Source of the DNA: an uncultured delta proteobacterium
Lineage (GTDB): Bacteria > Desulfobacterota > Desulfomonilia > Desulfomonilales > Desulfomonilaceae
Length of the DNA: 64,000 nucleotides
Assembly (NCBI GenBank): GCA_963846725.1
Contig: CAWJXP010000037.1
Coordinates: 1-64,000 of the forward strand
Direction: 5' to 3'
Of this stretch, positions 52,636 through 63,303 are shown piece by piece. The notes under the pieces were generated by a model. That model was given only the letters and a program-made list of their open reading frames with translations, made no database searches and was not told where the DNA came from. The stretch's first letter is position 1, and the number at the start of each line of letters is the position of its first letter. The position numbers were made by a program, and so were the translations under genes.

Positions 52636-54628
52636 TTATCTCTCCGGGTCTCCGAGAAGGATCCAACCCGACCAGGATGGCGGCTTACCGTTAAAAGAAG
52701 AATCCATACCGCTCGGCAGTTCCCTCGGGGCGTCAGCCAGCGCCTGAATGGGCGTTTCTTTGGCCGCTACTTTCTTGAGGACAGTTGTCAGGAATGGTTG
52801 TTCTGATCCCCAGTTTGGGTCAGAATAGTTGATCAGGCTGATTCTCGACCCTGAGTAAAGCAGGGCCAGACACGTCAGCAACGGGCCATCACCATTTGAG
52901 TTTTCAGGATCCCGAATTTCAAACCACGCGATAGGCAAAACAGTCATTCCGGAATACATCGGCATAGAAAAAAGTTTTTTTATCAGGAAACGCCTTTCGC
53001 CTGTCTTGTCCGGGGAGAAGAAGAAGCAAGGCTGTTTTTCGTCCATGACTAAATCCTGGATTTCCAGTGGGACAGCAAGGATGGAGACTTTTTCGGAACG
53101 AGGCTTAACACTCAGAAATCTGTCAACAGTCGCTGTCGGACCAACGAACACCTCAAAATTCTTAAATATTTTCTGGACCCCCACAACTACGTCCGATGGC
53201 CTCGGATAAACACTGTTTGACAAAATCAACCTTTCTATCTTTTCTCCTTCTGTGATCTTAACCGCTGTCTTCTTTTGAGGCTTGTCCGATGGGGAGTTCT
53301 CCTTGAGGCTGTCTTCAGAAACCCAGGGGATGGATTCAAAGACAAGAAGATCGTTCTTGGCAGTTGATTTGGATTTGTTATTTTCCCTGACTCTCATGGT
53401 CTTCAGGATGTCGGCCGATGGGACAAAGCATATCAGTCTGTCTTGACCAAAAGGGCGATCCTCGGAATCCAGCATGAGCGAGAAGGGGGTATACCATAAT
53501 GATCTGTCAGGAATGACCAATATGGTCGTTTTCTCTTTGGAGATTGGCGGCAGTTTGCCTATCAGGTGTCTATAAACCCTACGACAAGGCTCCTTCCATG
53601 CGTGCCCCATAAAGGTGGACTGGTCACCGGTCGAGTAATCCCTCAGTTTTTCCTGAAGATTGGAGATCGCCTTATCCAGTTCGGCTCTGTGAATGGCAGT
53701 CTGGGTATAAATCGCTTTTTCCCTGGATATCAATCCCACGACCATTCGATCTGAAAGAAGATTGAAATCCATAATGAGTTCATGCGGGCCCAGTGTTTCG
53801 TTTTGTATTTCCGCCAGAGTCACCGGGGAGCCTTTTTGGAACAAGGTCCAGGTAGGAGAATCCTTTTGAATTTTCCGTCTTAATTCTACAATCTGGTTCC
53901 TGAGTTCATCCTCGGTTGGTTCCGATGGATGAATAATTTTTTTCCCCTTTGTCTGGACAAGCTGGTTCAATGTTTCGCTCTCAAGTTTCATCAAGCGAAG
54001 CCGGAACATCAAACGGCTCTATCAACCCAGCCTTTTTCATCGCCAGGTTGCGACGGGCGAGTCTTCTTTTTTCCATAAGATGGAATATCCGGGGAGAATT
54101 CTGTTCCTGGACATCGGATGTTATAGGCCCCAGAATTTTTGTGGCCACTTCTTCAAAAAGAGAGAATCTCTGTTCAAGATCTTTCAACAGAGGATGGGCC
54201 GGCGGGGTATCGTCGAGCAAATATTCAAACTGATCAATAGCGTTTCTGTATTTCAGGATGGAGTTTTCGATTTCTCCAGCAAGATACAGCTTTCTCGCCT
54301 CCCGAACTTCCCGGTCAAGCTTTTCGAGCAGTTTTGCATTGTCGTAATCCACATCCGTTTGCGAAGACTGTGGTTCCTTAAACAGCCACTGATATTTGGG
54401 TTTGGGCTCCTGGGTGGTCTTGAGCAGGTGCCCGGACGAGTTCGAGAACTGTTTGAGAGCGTCTCCAGCGCCGGAAGCTCCCGCTACAATTCCCGGCCAC
54501 TCGTCGGGGTCTACGGTCATGGCATGTGACCGCAGGGGGAGCGAAATCATAATGGCTGCGCCGAAAATTATCAGAAACACCATTGGTCTTGATATTAAAA
54601 TGGGAATCCTAATCATTAGGGCTGTCAC
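52636..54628 (-). CDS. secreted TPR-like / CHAT-like domain protein, split by a frame change near 53981-54012
   Basis: ORF 53981-54628 has a signal peptide and helical TPR-like repeats. ORF 52636-54012 has a CHAT-like core pattern (TTILVIPDRSLWYTPFSLML, PSADIL). The CHAT catalytic His/Cys dyad is not clearly identifiable. Confidence 0.45.
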
Positions 54629-54684
54629 TTTTGAACCACCTTCAAACCGTTTTTGATCCTGATCACAACGATTGGGAATTCAGC

Positions 54685-55284
54685 CTACTTTTCGCTCTGT
54701 TCGGGTTTGACAGCGTGTATCCACCACTCGTCATCTTTTTCCTTGAACCACCATGCTGAAAAATCAGTATTCATTATGCTACGGGCCAGTTGTTTACCTT
54801 CTTCGGTCCGGAGCCTCTTGGTCGCCGTCAGGATCCAGTCCCGCGAATATGGGTTACCAAGATCTCCGAGTTCTTTAAGCTGAAGTATCATCTCAATCTG
54901 GTCGGCGTCATTGGCAAGATGCGATTCAAACGATGTCCTTGAATTGAATTCTTCGGTTAATGACCTTATTTCGTCGCCAAATGGCAAGTTGGCCGTCATG
55001 TCTTTGACCGCTGACTTTTCATCCGCAATCACGTATCTTTTATTGACATAATTGAGGTCTCCGGTCCGGGCTTCTACAAGATCATGAAACAAACACATCA
55101 GGACTACTCTGGATGTGTCGGATTTATCGGACATCCGGGAGAGGGTGTAACCAATCACCGCGCAGCGAAGACTATGCTCCGCAACCGTTTCCTTTCCAGT
55201 TCCAAGGAATTGAAAACCAGATCGGGGAGTTCTTTTGAGCATCCCGACCTCAAACAGGAAATCAGCAATAGCTTTAAGCTCCAA
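54685..55284 (-). CDS. HD-domain phosphohydrolase (YfbR-like 5'-deoxynucleotidase)
   Basis: HSLRCAVIGY...LFHDLVEARTGD metal-binding His/Asp pattern. Confidence 0.75.
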   Translation of the reverse strand: MELKAIADFLFEVGMLKRTPRSGFQFLGTGKETVAEHSLRCAVIGYTLSRMSDKSDTSRVVLMCLFHDLVEARTGDLNYVNKRYVIADEKSAVKDMTANLPFGDEIRSLTEEFNSRTSFESHLANDADQIEMILQLKELGDLGNPYSRDWILTATKRLRTEEGKQLARSIMNTDFSAWWFKEKDDEWWIHAVKPEQSEK

Positions 55285-55446
55285 GCATAAGCTCCTAATA
55301 ACTTATTAATATATAATTGCCTGACATTTATCACGACTCATCAAAGTAATCAAGGTGATACCGGTGAAAACAAGTGATAATATATTGATAACTCATTCAA
55401 ACTAAAATATTTTGACAAGAATACCACTTGTTGGCGATAAGCGATC

Positions 55447-56313
55447 ATGGGTCCATGTCAATCAACATGTCAAATTGAGGAAAAGGTTCAGACAATCTGT
55501 GACTTGTGTGGGGCGGATAATTACGGCGTTCTATTTGAAAAAGAAGGTTTTCGGCATGTTCGTTGCCGTGACTGCGGCCTTGTTTTTGTAAATCCACGCC
55601 TAAAATTCCACGAACAATACCAGAGAGTTTCAGGAACCGGCGCAATGGGAGAGGATGAACTTTCAACCCGCCAGATAAATAGAATTTGTCGGGAACTGGC
55701 GATATTTGGAAATTACCGGAAGCTAAACCATATACTGGAAATAGGGCCCGGCAAGGGCTGGTTCCTGAGCACGGCGGGACTACTGGGATGGGAGACCTGG
55801 GCAGTAGAGATCAACAATGAGGCTATCGCTAATCTCGCTAATAAGGGCATCAGGAGAATAATCACATCGGGGGCGGAAAAATTCGAAGCGACCGAAGGAT
55901 CATTCGACGCAATAAGACTTTGGGACGTGATTGAGCATCTGGGATCTCCAAGAGCCTGTCTGCTCAGAGCATATTCAAGTTTGAGACCAGGGGGCCTGTT
56001 GCGTCTTTCAACGACAAATTTCAACTCCCTGTCCAGAATGATTAATGGCCCTGAGTGGGTTTATCTGAACGGCTCTGACCATATAGTTCTTTTTGATCCA
56101 GTCACAATTGTAAAAATGCTGGAGTCGGTTGGATTCCGAAAAATCCAGGTAAGAACCAGATCCTTTAACCTGAGAAAGAAGCTGTACCACCCTGAACAGG
56201 AACTAAAAACAGCGTTTCATCCTCTACAACCATTCAGGAAATTGATTGATGAGACAATTCGATTTACCAATTTGGGGCATCAAATGATTGTTAACGCCGT
56301 GAAAGACTCGTGA
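55447..56313 (+). CDS. class I SAM-dependent methyltransferase with an N-terminal C4 zinc ribbon
   Basis: CDLCG...CRDCG ribbon followed by motif I ILEIGPGKGW and the rest of a Methyltransf_11/12 fold. Confidence 0.7.
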   Translation: MGPCQSTCQIEEKVQTICDLCGADNYGVLFEKEGFRHVRCRDCGLVFVNPRLKFHEQYQRVSGTGAMGEDELSTRQINRICRELAIFGNYRKLNHILEIGPGKGWFLSTAGLLGWETWAVEINNEAIANLANKGIRRIITSGAEKFEATEGSFDAIRLWDVIEHLGSPRACLLRAYSSLRPGGLLRLSTTNFNSLSRMINGPEWVYLNGSDHIVLFDPVTIVKMLESVGFRKIQVRTRSFNLRKKLYHPEQELKTAFHPLQPFRKLIDETIRFTNLGHQMIVNAVKDS

Positions 56314-56483
56314 AAACAAATAATTTTCCTTAACGAATTTTGGAAGTTCATGTTAAAATAGAAATTTTAGCGCGTATTTTGGCGCGTGGGAGCCTAGGCC
56401 GATTCGATATTTGTGGGCTGGGCCATTAAGCGAGAGATTCCAAATGACCAAAGACAAGACATCCACAACCTGTTTCTCCGGAG

Positions 56484-57353
56484 ATGAGAGCCGGCATACT
56501 CGCTGAAGCTCTCCCATATATCAGGAAGTTTCGGGGCAAACGAATCCTCATAAAATATGGCGGCAGCGCCATGACGAACAACGACCTGAAACGGGATTTC
56601 GCTGAGGATGTAGCGCTTCTCAGTTTCATCGGGGTTAAACCCGTCATAGTTCACGGTGGGGGCCCTCAAATAGGAGCGCTGTTAAAGAAACTGGGTAAAG
56701 AGAGCAAATTTATCAAAGGACTTCGCGTCACGGACGAAGAAACCATGGATGTTGTCGAGATGGTCCTTGTGGCGAAGGTAAACAAGGACGTAGTCTCACT
56801 GATCAATTCGTACGGTGGGCGGGCTGTTGGCATATCAGGCCGCGATGGTCGGCTCATCCGCGCAAAAAAAGCCAGGCCTGCGCGATTGGCCGGTATCGAT
56901 GAGGACCTCGGACTGGTCGGAGAAGTTGAAAGGATTAATCCTGATTTGGTAGCTGCACTGGAAGACCGGGGGTTTGTGCCCGTTATAGCGCCGGTAGGCG
57001 CAGGTCCGCAGGAAAAACCTTACAACATAAACGCGGACACGGCCGCCGGGGCTATGGCGGCGGCGTTGGACGCCGAAAAGTTACTGTTACTCACTGATGT
57101 GCCGGGTGTCCTGGATTCGCAGAATAATCTTGTTTCAAGCCTTTCAGAAGAAGAGGCGGAACTGTTGATCAAGACCGAAGGTATATCCGGCGGAATGATA
57201 CCAAAAATTAAAAGCTGTCTTTCGGCTATCAGAGGCGGAGTGCCTAAAGCCCACATTATTGATGGCAGAGTGCCTCACGCTCTATTGCTGGAACTTCTGA
57301 CAGATGAGGGTATAGGCACAGAAATTGTTCGCGAAAAAGCGCCGGGCCTTTAA
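56484..57353 (+). CDS. argB: acetylglutamate kinase
   Basis: ILIKYGGSAM, IVHGGGPQIG, and full-length ArgB similarity. Confidence 0.95.
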   Translation: MRAGILAEALPYIRKFRGKRILIKYGGSAMTNNDLKRDFAEDVALLSFIGVKPVIVHGGGPQIGALLKKLGKESKFIKGLRVTDEETMDVVEMVLVAKVNKDVVSLINSYGGRAVGISGRDGRLIRAKKARPARLAGIDEDLGLVGEVERINPDLVAALEDRGFVPVIAPVGAGPQEKPYNINADTAAGAMAAALDAEKLLLLTDVPGVLDSQNNLVSSLSEEEAELLIKTEGISGGMIPKIKSCLSAIRGGVPKAHIIDGRVPHALLLELLTDEGIGTEIVREKAPGL

Positions 57354-57418
57354 GCCTTTTAGAGCGCATTCTGAACCGGATCCTGGTTCAGCTTTTATCA
57401 ATTATCACCAGATGGGTT

Positions 57419-58651
57419 TTGACGCTCGTCGCCAAAGAGAGACGTAAAATGGCAAAGGAATCTTCAGACTTTATTTCCGCCAACAATGAATATGTTTTCA
57501 ACACTTACGGCCGGACTCCAATTATGTTGGTTGAAGGTAAAGGAGTCCGAGTCAAGGACAGCGAAGGGAAAGAATATCTGGATTTTGTGCAGGGTATTGC
57601 GGCCTGTCCCCTCGGACACGCTCATCCTGTCCTTGTGGACGCGATTTCCAGGCAGGCGGCGAAACTTATTCACGTCTCCAATATTTTCCATATAGAACCT
57701 CAAATAGAGCTAGCGCGTCTACTCACTGAGAATTCATTCGCTGACAAGGCTTTCTTTTGCAACTCGGGCGCCGAGGCCAACGAGGGGGCTATAAAGCTTG
57801 CGCGAAAGTTTTTTAACGATAGTGGCGCCAAGGACAGATACCATATAATCACCATGGAGAATTCCTTTCACGGAAGGACACTGGCGACACTGGCCGCTAC
57901 AGGGCAGACGAAGTACCGTCAGGGGTTCGAACCCCATACGCCTGGATTCTCTCATGTCCCATTTGGAGATTTCGAGGCGCTGGAGAGAGCTGTTTCGGAC
58001 AATACCGCAGCCGTAATGATCGAACCGATTCAGGGTGAAGGGGGAGTGCGAATTCCCCCGCCGGATTTCCTCCCGAAAGTCCGGGAACTTTGCGATGATA
58101 GGGCCGTATTACTGATCTTCGATGAAGTTCAGACCGGGATGGGCAGAACCGGCAAGTTGTTCGCTTACGAAAACTTTGGTGTGGCTCCCGACATAATGAC
58201 CCTGGCGAAGGGATTGGCCGGAGGGGTTCCCATAGGAGCGCTGCTTGCTACCAACAGGGTGGCGGGAGCTTTCAAGCCGGGGAACCACGCTACCACCTTT
58301 GGCGGGAACCCATTATCATCCGCCGCCGGTGTGGCGGTAGTCAGAGAGATTCTATCACCCGGCTTTCTGGATCGTGTCCGGATAATGGGGGGATATTTGA
58401 GATCCCGGCTCGAAGACATAGCCGCCAAATATAGAGTGGTCAAAGAAGTTCGGGGCATGGGCCTGATGCAGGCAATGGATCTGAAGATAGCCGGAGCCGA
58501 CCTCGTTACAATAATGAGAGAAAATGGGCTTCTGGTTAATTGCACTTCTGATACCGTTCTTCGATTCCTCCCGCCTTTGATTGTTTCGGGCGACGAAATC
58601 GATGAAATGATAATCATTCTGGAAGCGTCCTTATCTAGAATCACGGATTAG
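57419..58651 (+). CDS. argD: acetylornithine aminotransferase
   Basis: Class-III PLP aminotransferase (FFCNSGAEANEGAIKLARK, LIFDEVQTGMGRTGK). Confidence 0.95.
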   Translation: MTLVAKERRKMAKESSDFISANNEYVFNTYGRTPIMLVEGKGVRVKDSEGKEYLDFVQGIAACPLGHAHPVLVDAISRQAAKLIHVSNIFHIEPQIELARLLTENSFADKAFFCNSGAEANEGAIKLARKFFNDSGAKDRYHIITMENSFHGRTLATLAATGQTKYRQGFEPHTPGFSHVPFGDFEALERAVSDNTAAVMIEPIQGEGGVRIPPPDFLPKVRELCDDRAVLLIFDEVQTGMGRTGKLFAYENFGVAPDIMTLAKGLAGGVPIGALLATNRVAGAFKPGNHATTFGGNPLSSAAGVAVVREILSPGFLDRVRIMGGYLRSRLEDIAAKYRVVKEVRGMGLMQAMDLKIAGADLVTIMRENGLLVNCTSDTVLRFLPPLIVSGDEIDEMIIILEASLSRITD

Positions 58652-58655
58652 CGCC

Positions 58656-59555
58656 ATGAAAAAAGCTCGACATTTCCTGAGTCTTGCCGATTGCTCCAAG
58701 GAACAGATTCTTGGATGGATCCACCGCGCCCGAGCCATGAAAAGAGGCGAACCCGGTAAAGGCCCCGATTTACCATTGGAGGGCAAGAGTGTTGGACTGC
58801 TTTTTGACAAGCCCTCCACAAGGACCAGAGTATCCTTTGACGTGGGTGTGTATCAGTTGGGTGGTCATCCCATCTTTCTGAATTCGCGTGACATTCAGCT
58901 TGGTCGGGGTGAACCGATCAGGGACACGGCCCGAGTCCTCTCAAGATACCTCGACGCAATTGTAATAAGGACTTTCGGCCAGGAAATAGTCGAGGAATTC
59001 GCAAAATGGTCCACCATACCGGTGATAAACGCCCTGACCGATTTGTCCCACCCCTGCCAGATTCTCGGTGATCTCTTGACCCTTCAGGAGTCCGGACTGG
59101 ATATTTTAAAAATGAAGGCGGCATGGATCGGTGACGGAAACAACGTAGCGAACTCATGGATATACGCCGCGCAGAAACTTGGATTTCACTTTGTTTTGGC
59201 TTGTCCTGAAGGATACGACCCGGCGGTAAAGGTCAATCTCAAGAACGTGAAGCTGACCCGCAGCCCATTGGAAGCGGCTAAAGGAGCCAATGCGATATCA
59301 ACCGATGTCTGGGCTTCCATGGGGCAGGAACAAGAGGCCATGATCCGTCAAGAGGTCTTTCAGGGATATCAGGTGAACGAGGCCATACTTAAACACGCCG
59401 GCGATCCTGTTTATGTGCTGCATTGTCTGCCGGCGCACCGTGGGGAAGAGATTTCGGAAGACATCATGGAGTCGGATCGCTCTCTGATATGGGATCAGGC
59501 TGAAAACAGGCTACATGTTCAGAAGGCGCTGCTAGAGGATTTACTTAGCAATTGA
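58656..59555 (+). CDS. argF: ornithine carbamoyltransferase
   Basis: STRTR carbamoyl-phosphate motif and HCLP ornithine-binding motif. Confidence 0.95.
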   Translation: MKKARHFLSLADCSKEQILGWIHRARAMKRGEPGKGPDLPLEGKSVGLLFDKPSTRTRVSFDVGVYQLGGHPIFLNSRDIQLGRGEPIRDTARVLSRYLDAIVIRTFGQEIVEEFAKWSTIPVINALTDLSHPCQILGDLLTLQESGLDILKMKAAWIGDGNNVANSWIYAAQKLGFHFVLACPEGYDPAVKVNLKNVKLTRSPLEAAKGANAISTDVWASMGQEQEAMIRQEVFQGYQVNEAILKHAGDPVYVLHCLPAHRGEEISEDIMESDRSLIWDQAENRLHVQKALLEDLLSN

Positions 59556-59556
59556 A

Positions 59557-60819
59557 ATGAGTATAGGCCACTATCGTGGCTTGCTGACGACAGTTGGAGG
59601 AACATTGAAACAGAAGGACATAAAAAAAATAGTTCTGGCCTATTCCGGCGGGTTGGACACTTCGGTAATCCTGAGGTGGCTGGTCGAAACCTATGAATGT
59701 CCGGTTGTGGCCTTTGCGGCTGATCTCGGTCAGGGTGAAGAACTGGACACTCTGGATGACAAGGCTGAAGCCTCTGGGGCTGAATCCATATACGTGATTG
59801 ATCTCAAAGAAGATTTTGTAAAGTATTTCGTTTTCCCAATGTTTCGGGCGAACGCAGTGTATGAGGGGACATATCTTCTTGGAACATCAATAGCCAGGCC
59901 ATGTATCGCTCAGGCCCAAATGGAAATAGTCGCAAAGGAAAACGCGGACGCTGTTAGTCATGGCGCCACGGGGAAGGGCAACGATCAGGTTCGATTTGAG
60001 CTGACATACTACTCGATCAACCCGGAGATTAAAGTTATCGCTCCCTGGCGGACATGGTCGTTCAAGTCCCGCTCGGAACTTATCGACTACGCGAAGAAAT
60101 ACGGGATTCCAGTAACATCCACCGCTGAAAAGCCTTACAGTATGGACAGAAACCTGCTTCATCTGAGTTTTGAAGGAGGGATACTGGAAGATCCATGGGC
60201 TGAACCGCCTTCAGACATGTTTGTGCTTACGGTTGACCCCAGGAACGCCCCTGACAAGGCTGAGGAGATTGTTCTGACTTTTGAGCAAGGCGATCCGGTG
60301 GCGGTCAATGGGGTAACGATGACTCCCGCTGTTTTGCTGGATCATCTGAACAGGCTGGCGGGAACTCATGGCGTAGGCCGTGTGGACATGGTCGAAAACA
60401 GGTACGTGGGCATGAAAAGCCGAGGCGTTTATGAGACTCCGGGCGGCACGGTCATCCATTCGGCCAGAAGGGCCCTGGAATCCATAACACTGGACCGGGA
60501 AGTCCTAAAACTCAAGGATGAATGGATACCTCGCTATGCGGGGCTGGTATATAACGGATACTGGTTTTCCCCGGAGAGAAAAATTCTTCAGTCCGCGATA
60601 GATATGGCGTCTTCCGTAGTATCCGGCGACGTAAGGCTGCGAGTTTACAAGGGTAGTGTTACGGTTACAGGCAGAAGATCGGATAACTCGCTGTACGATG
60701 AGAGGTTTGCGACCTTTGAACAGGATCAGGTCTATTCGCAATCCGACGCTGAGGGGTTCATCCGTCTTAACGCCTTGAGATTAAGAATCGGATCCCTTAT
60801 GGCCAAAAAAAGGAAATAG
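59557..60819 (+). CDS. argG: argininosuccinate synthase. The TTG at 59605 after a GGAGGA site is the more likely start.
   Basis: [11 protein letters not shown]-loop motif, with the rest of ArgG conserved. Confidence 0.9.
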   Translation: MSIGHYRGLLTTVGGTLKQKDIKKIVLAYSGGLDTSVILRWLVETYECPVVAFAADLGQGEELDTLDDKAEASGAESIYVIDLKEDFVKYFVFPMFRANAVYEGTYLLGTSIARPCIAQAQMEIVAKENADAVSHGATGKGNDQVRFELTYYSINPEIKVIAPWRTWSFKSRSELIDYAKKYGIPVTSTAEKPYSMDRNLLHLSFEGGILEDPWAEPPSDMFVLTVDPRNAPDKAEEIVLTFEQGDPVAVNGVTMTPAVLLDHLNRLAGTHGVGRVDMVENRYVGMKSRGVYETPGGTVIHSARRALESITLDREVLKLKDEWIPRYAGLVYNGYWFSPERKILQSAIDMASSVVSGDVRLRVYKGSVTVTGRRSDNSLYDERFATFEQDQVYSQSDAEGFIRLNALRLRIGSLMAKKRK

Positions 60820-60841
60820 GCTGGAATTTAAATCTGAAAAA

Positions 60842-62251
60842 ATGGGCTCGAAAAAGAGTATGAATATCCCGGGTAAAACTGACGGCTCTTCCGGTATCAG
60901 AAAGGGCCGATTCAAAGAAGGCATGGATCCGCTTTTTGCGGAATTCAACGCCTCAATCTCGTTCGATCGACGTCTATTCAGGGAGGATGTGCATGGCAGT
61001 GTCGCTCACGTGCGTATGCTGGGCGCTCAGGGCATAATTCCCCTGGATGAAGCGAAACGCATTGAAGAGGGGCTCAATGAAGTCCTTGATGATTTTGAGC
61101 ATGGCCGGTTCGAATTTCAGGAAGATCTGGAAGACGTTCATATAAACATCGAAGAAGCGCTGAAAGCTAAAATCGGGGATCTGGCCGGGAAGCTTCATAC
61201 GGCTCGTAGCAGAAACGATCAGATAGCGCTGGATATAAGGTTATTCCTGAGAAATCAGTCCGCTTTGATAAAGGAAGCGCTTCTCGGTATTGACAAGTGT
61301 TTGATGGAAAAGGCGGAACAGAATCTTGACCTGATTTTTCCGGGTTATACTCATTTGCAAAGGGCCCAGCCGGTAAGATTGTCTCACCATCTGATGGCTT
61401 ATTTTCAGATGTTTCGTAGGGATTGGGAACGGTTTACTGATACTGACAAAAGAATCGACGAAATGCCTCTGGGGTCGGCCGCCCTCGCTGGGACAACCTT
61501 TGCCATCAACCGTCGGATGACCGCCGATTACCTGAAGTTTTCCAAATTGAGCCGAAATTCTATGGATGCGGTTTCTGACAGGGACTTTGCCGCTGAGTTC
61601 GTTTTCAATTGCTGCTTGGTGATGACACATCTGTCCCGTTTTTCGGAAGAGCTTATCATGTGGTCGTCGTCTGAATTCGGTTTTGTGGAACTTCCAGACG
61701 CTTTTTGCTCGGGTTCGAGCATCATGCCCCAGAAAAAAAACCCTGACGCGTGTGAACTGGTCAGAGGGAAAACCGGCCGAGTCTACGGAGACATGGTTGC
61801 GCTTCTCACCATCCTTAAGGGATTGCCGCTGACTTACAACAAGGATCTTCAGGAAGACAAAGAGCCAGTGTTTGACGCCATCGACACGACGATCAACAGC
61901 CTTAAGGTCATGACGGGTGTGATAAAAGGGATCAGGTTCAGGGATGACGTTATGCTCGAAGCAGCGTCGGAGCCCTATCTTGCAGCGACCGACGTGGCCG
62001 ATTCTCTCGCCCGTCAGGGAATGACTTTTCGGGAGGCGCACGCTCACGTCGGCGCGATTATTCGTGGAAAAACATCCGAAGCCGGCTTTATTCCTCCAAC
62101 GCCGGAAGAAATGGTCGAATCAAGATGTCAGGAGGGCGCTACCGGAAAACAGAGTGTTACGCGCCAGTTGGAAGAAGGGCTGGAGTTCCTGCGGCAAGCC
62201 GGGCGCGATCCTCAGGCCAATGGGAAAAAGGGAAAAATCAACCCCGATTGA
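60842..62251 (+). CDS. argH: argininosuccinate lyase
   Basis: Fumarate-lyase signature GSSIMPQKKNPD and full-length ArgH similarity. Confidence 0.95.
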   Translation: MGSKKSMNIPGKTDGSSGIRKGRFKEGMDPLFAEFNASISFDRRLFREDVHGSVAHVRMLGAQGIIPLDEAKRIEEGLNEVLDDFEHGRFEFQEDLEDVHINIEEALKAKIGDLAGKLHTARSRNDQIALDIRLFLRNQSALIKEALLGIDKCLMEKAEQNLDLIFPGYTHLQRAQPVRLSHHLMAYFQMFRRDWERFTDTDKRIDEMPLGSAALAGTTFAINRRMTADYLKFSKLSRNSMDAVSDRDFAAEFVFNCCLVMTHLSRFSEELIMWSSSEFGFVELPDAFCSGSSIMPQKKNPDACELVRGKTGRVYGDMVALLTILKGLPLTYNKDLQEDKEPVFDAIDTTINSLKVMTGVIKGIRFRDDVMLEAASEPYLAATDVADSLARQGMTFREAHAHVGAIIRGKTSEAGFIPPTPEEMVESRCQEGATGKQSVTRQLEEGLEFLRQAGRDPQANGKKGKINPD

Positions 62252-63288
62252 AGAAGTTCTCTTTACCGGTGATTTTTCTCATATTCGTGGGCTCGCTCTG
62301 GTCTTGTGGCTACAAGACTAACCCGAGGCCAACAGCGACCAGGCTCCCCGCGGAAATCAAGACTGTCGACGTCAAAGCGGACCCAAACGGGATAAAACTG
62401 AAATGGACTGTCCCTGGTTTGAATTCAGACGGTTCCAAGTTGACGGATTTGTCTGGATTCAAGGTATACCGGGGATCGAGAGGCGTTGATGAAGACTGCG
62501 TTGATTGTCAGGAAAAGCGGGAGTTGTTAGCCAACATAGATTTTCAATCGCCCTCCAACGCGGAAATAAAAGACAATGAGGTGGTCTTTAGGGACAAAGA
62601 TGTTTCTCTGGGCAAGATTTACACTTACTCAGTAGCCGCATACAACATGCGAGGCCGGGAAAGTCGAATCGGAAACCCTGTGGATGTTTATTACGAAGCT
62701 CCGCCGGCCGCGCCGACAAATCTGACGGCCCAGTCTGAAGAAGGCCACATCAGGCTCCAGTGGACAGCGCCGAGCGACGAAAAGATAGACAGGTACGAAT
62801 TGTTTAGAGGAACCGTCAACGACATAGCGAAGATGAAACCAATCGGAACAGCTCCTTACCGTGAACCGTGGTTCGTGGACAAAGACCTGGAAAAAAACAC
62901 AAAGTATTATTACGCTATCCGGTCCGTGAAATCGAACAAGGGAACGCTCTTCGAATCCAACCCGTCCTCTGTCGTGGAAGCTACTGCGCCAGGAGTCTAC
63001 TGGGGCGCCCCGGAAGATGTGAATGTGGCGATGACCCGCCAGGGAATAAGGGTGTACTGGAACCCGGTCAAGATAGAAAACGAGGAAACCCGCTACAACG
63101 TTTATCGTTCGGAGGGCGGTGGAGTATTTCAGAAAGTGAATCCTGAACCTATGAAAGCCCCCTGGTTGCTCGACAGCCGCGTTACCAGGGGAAGAACTTA
63201 CCGCTACGCTGTTACCGCCTTTCCCAATGGGAAGCCTGATGAGGAATCAGCGCGAACAGCGTCGGAATCGCTGAGATATAACTACTGA
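62247..63288 (+). CDS. lipoprotein with three fibronectin type III-like repeats. Probable TTG start overlapping the argH stop.
   Basis: KKFSLPVIFLIFVGSLWSCG signal peptide with lipobox. Repeated ~90-aa units (LKWTVPG, LQWTAPS, VYWNPV), each with YRYAV/YYYAI-type FN3 strands. Confidence 0.65.
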
Positions 63289-63303
63289 TTTACGGGAAAT
63301 CCA

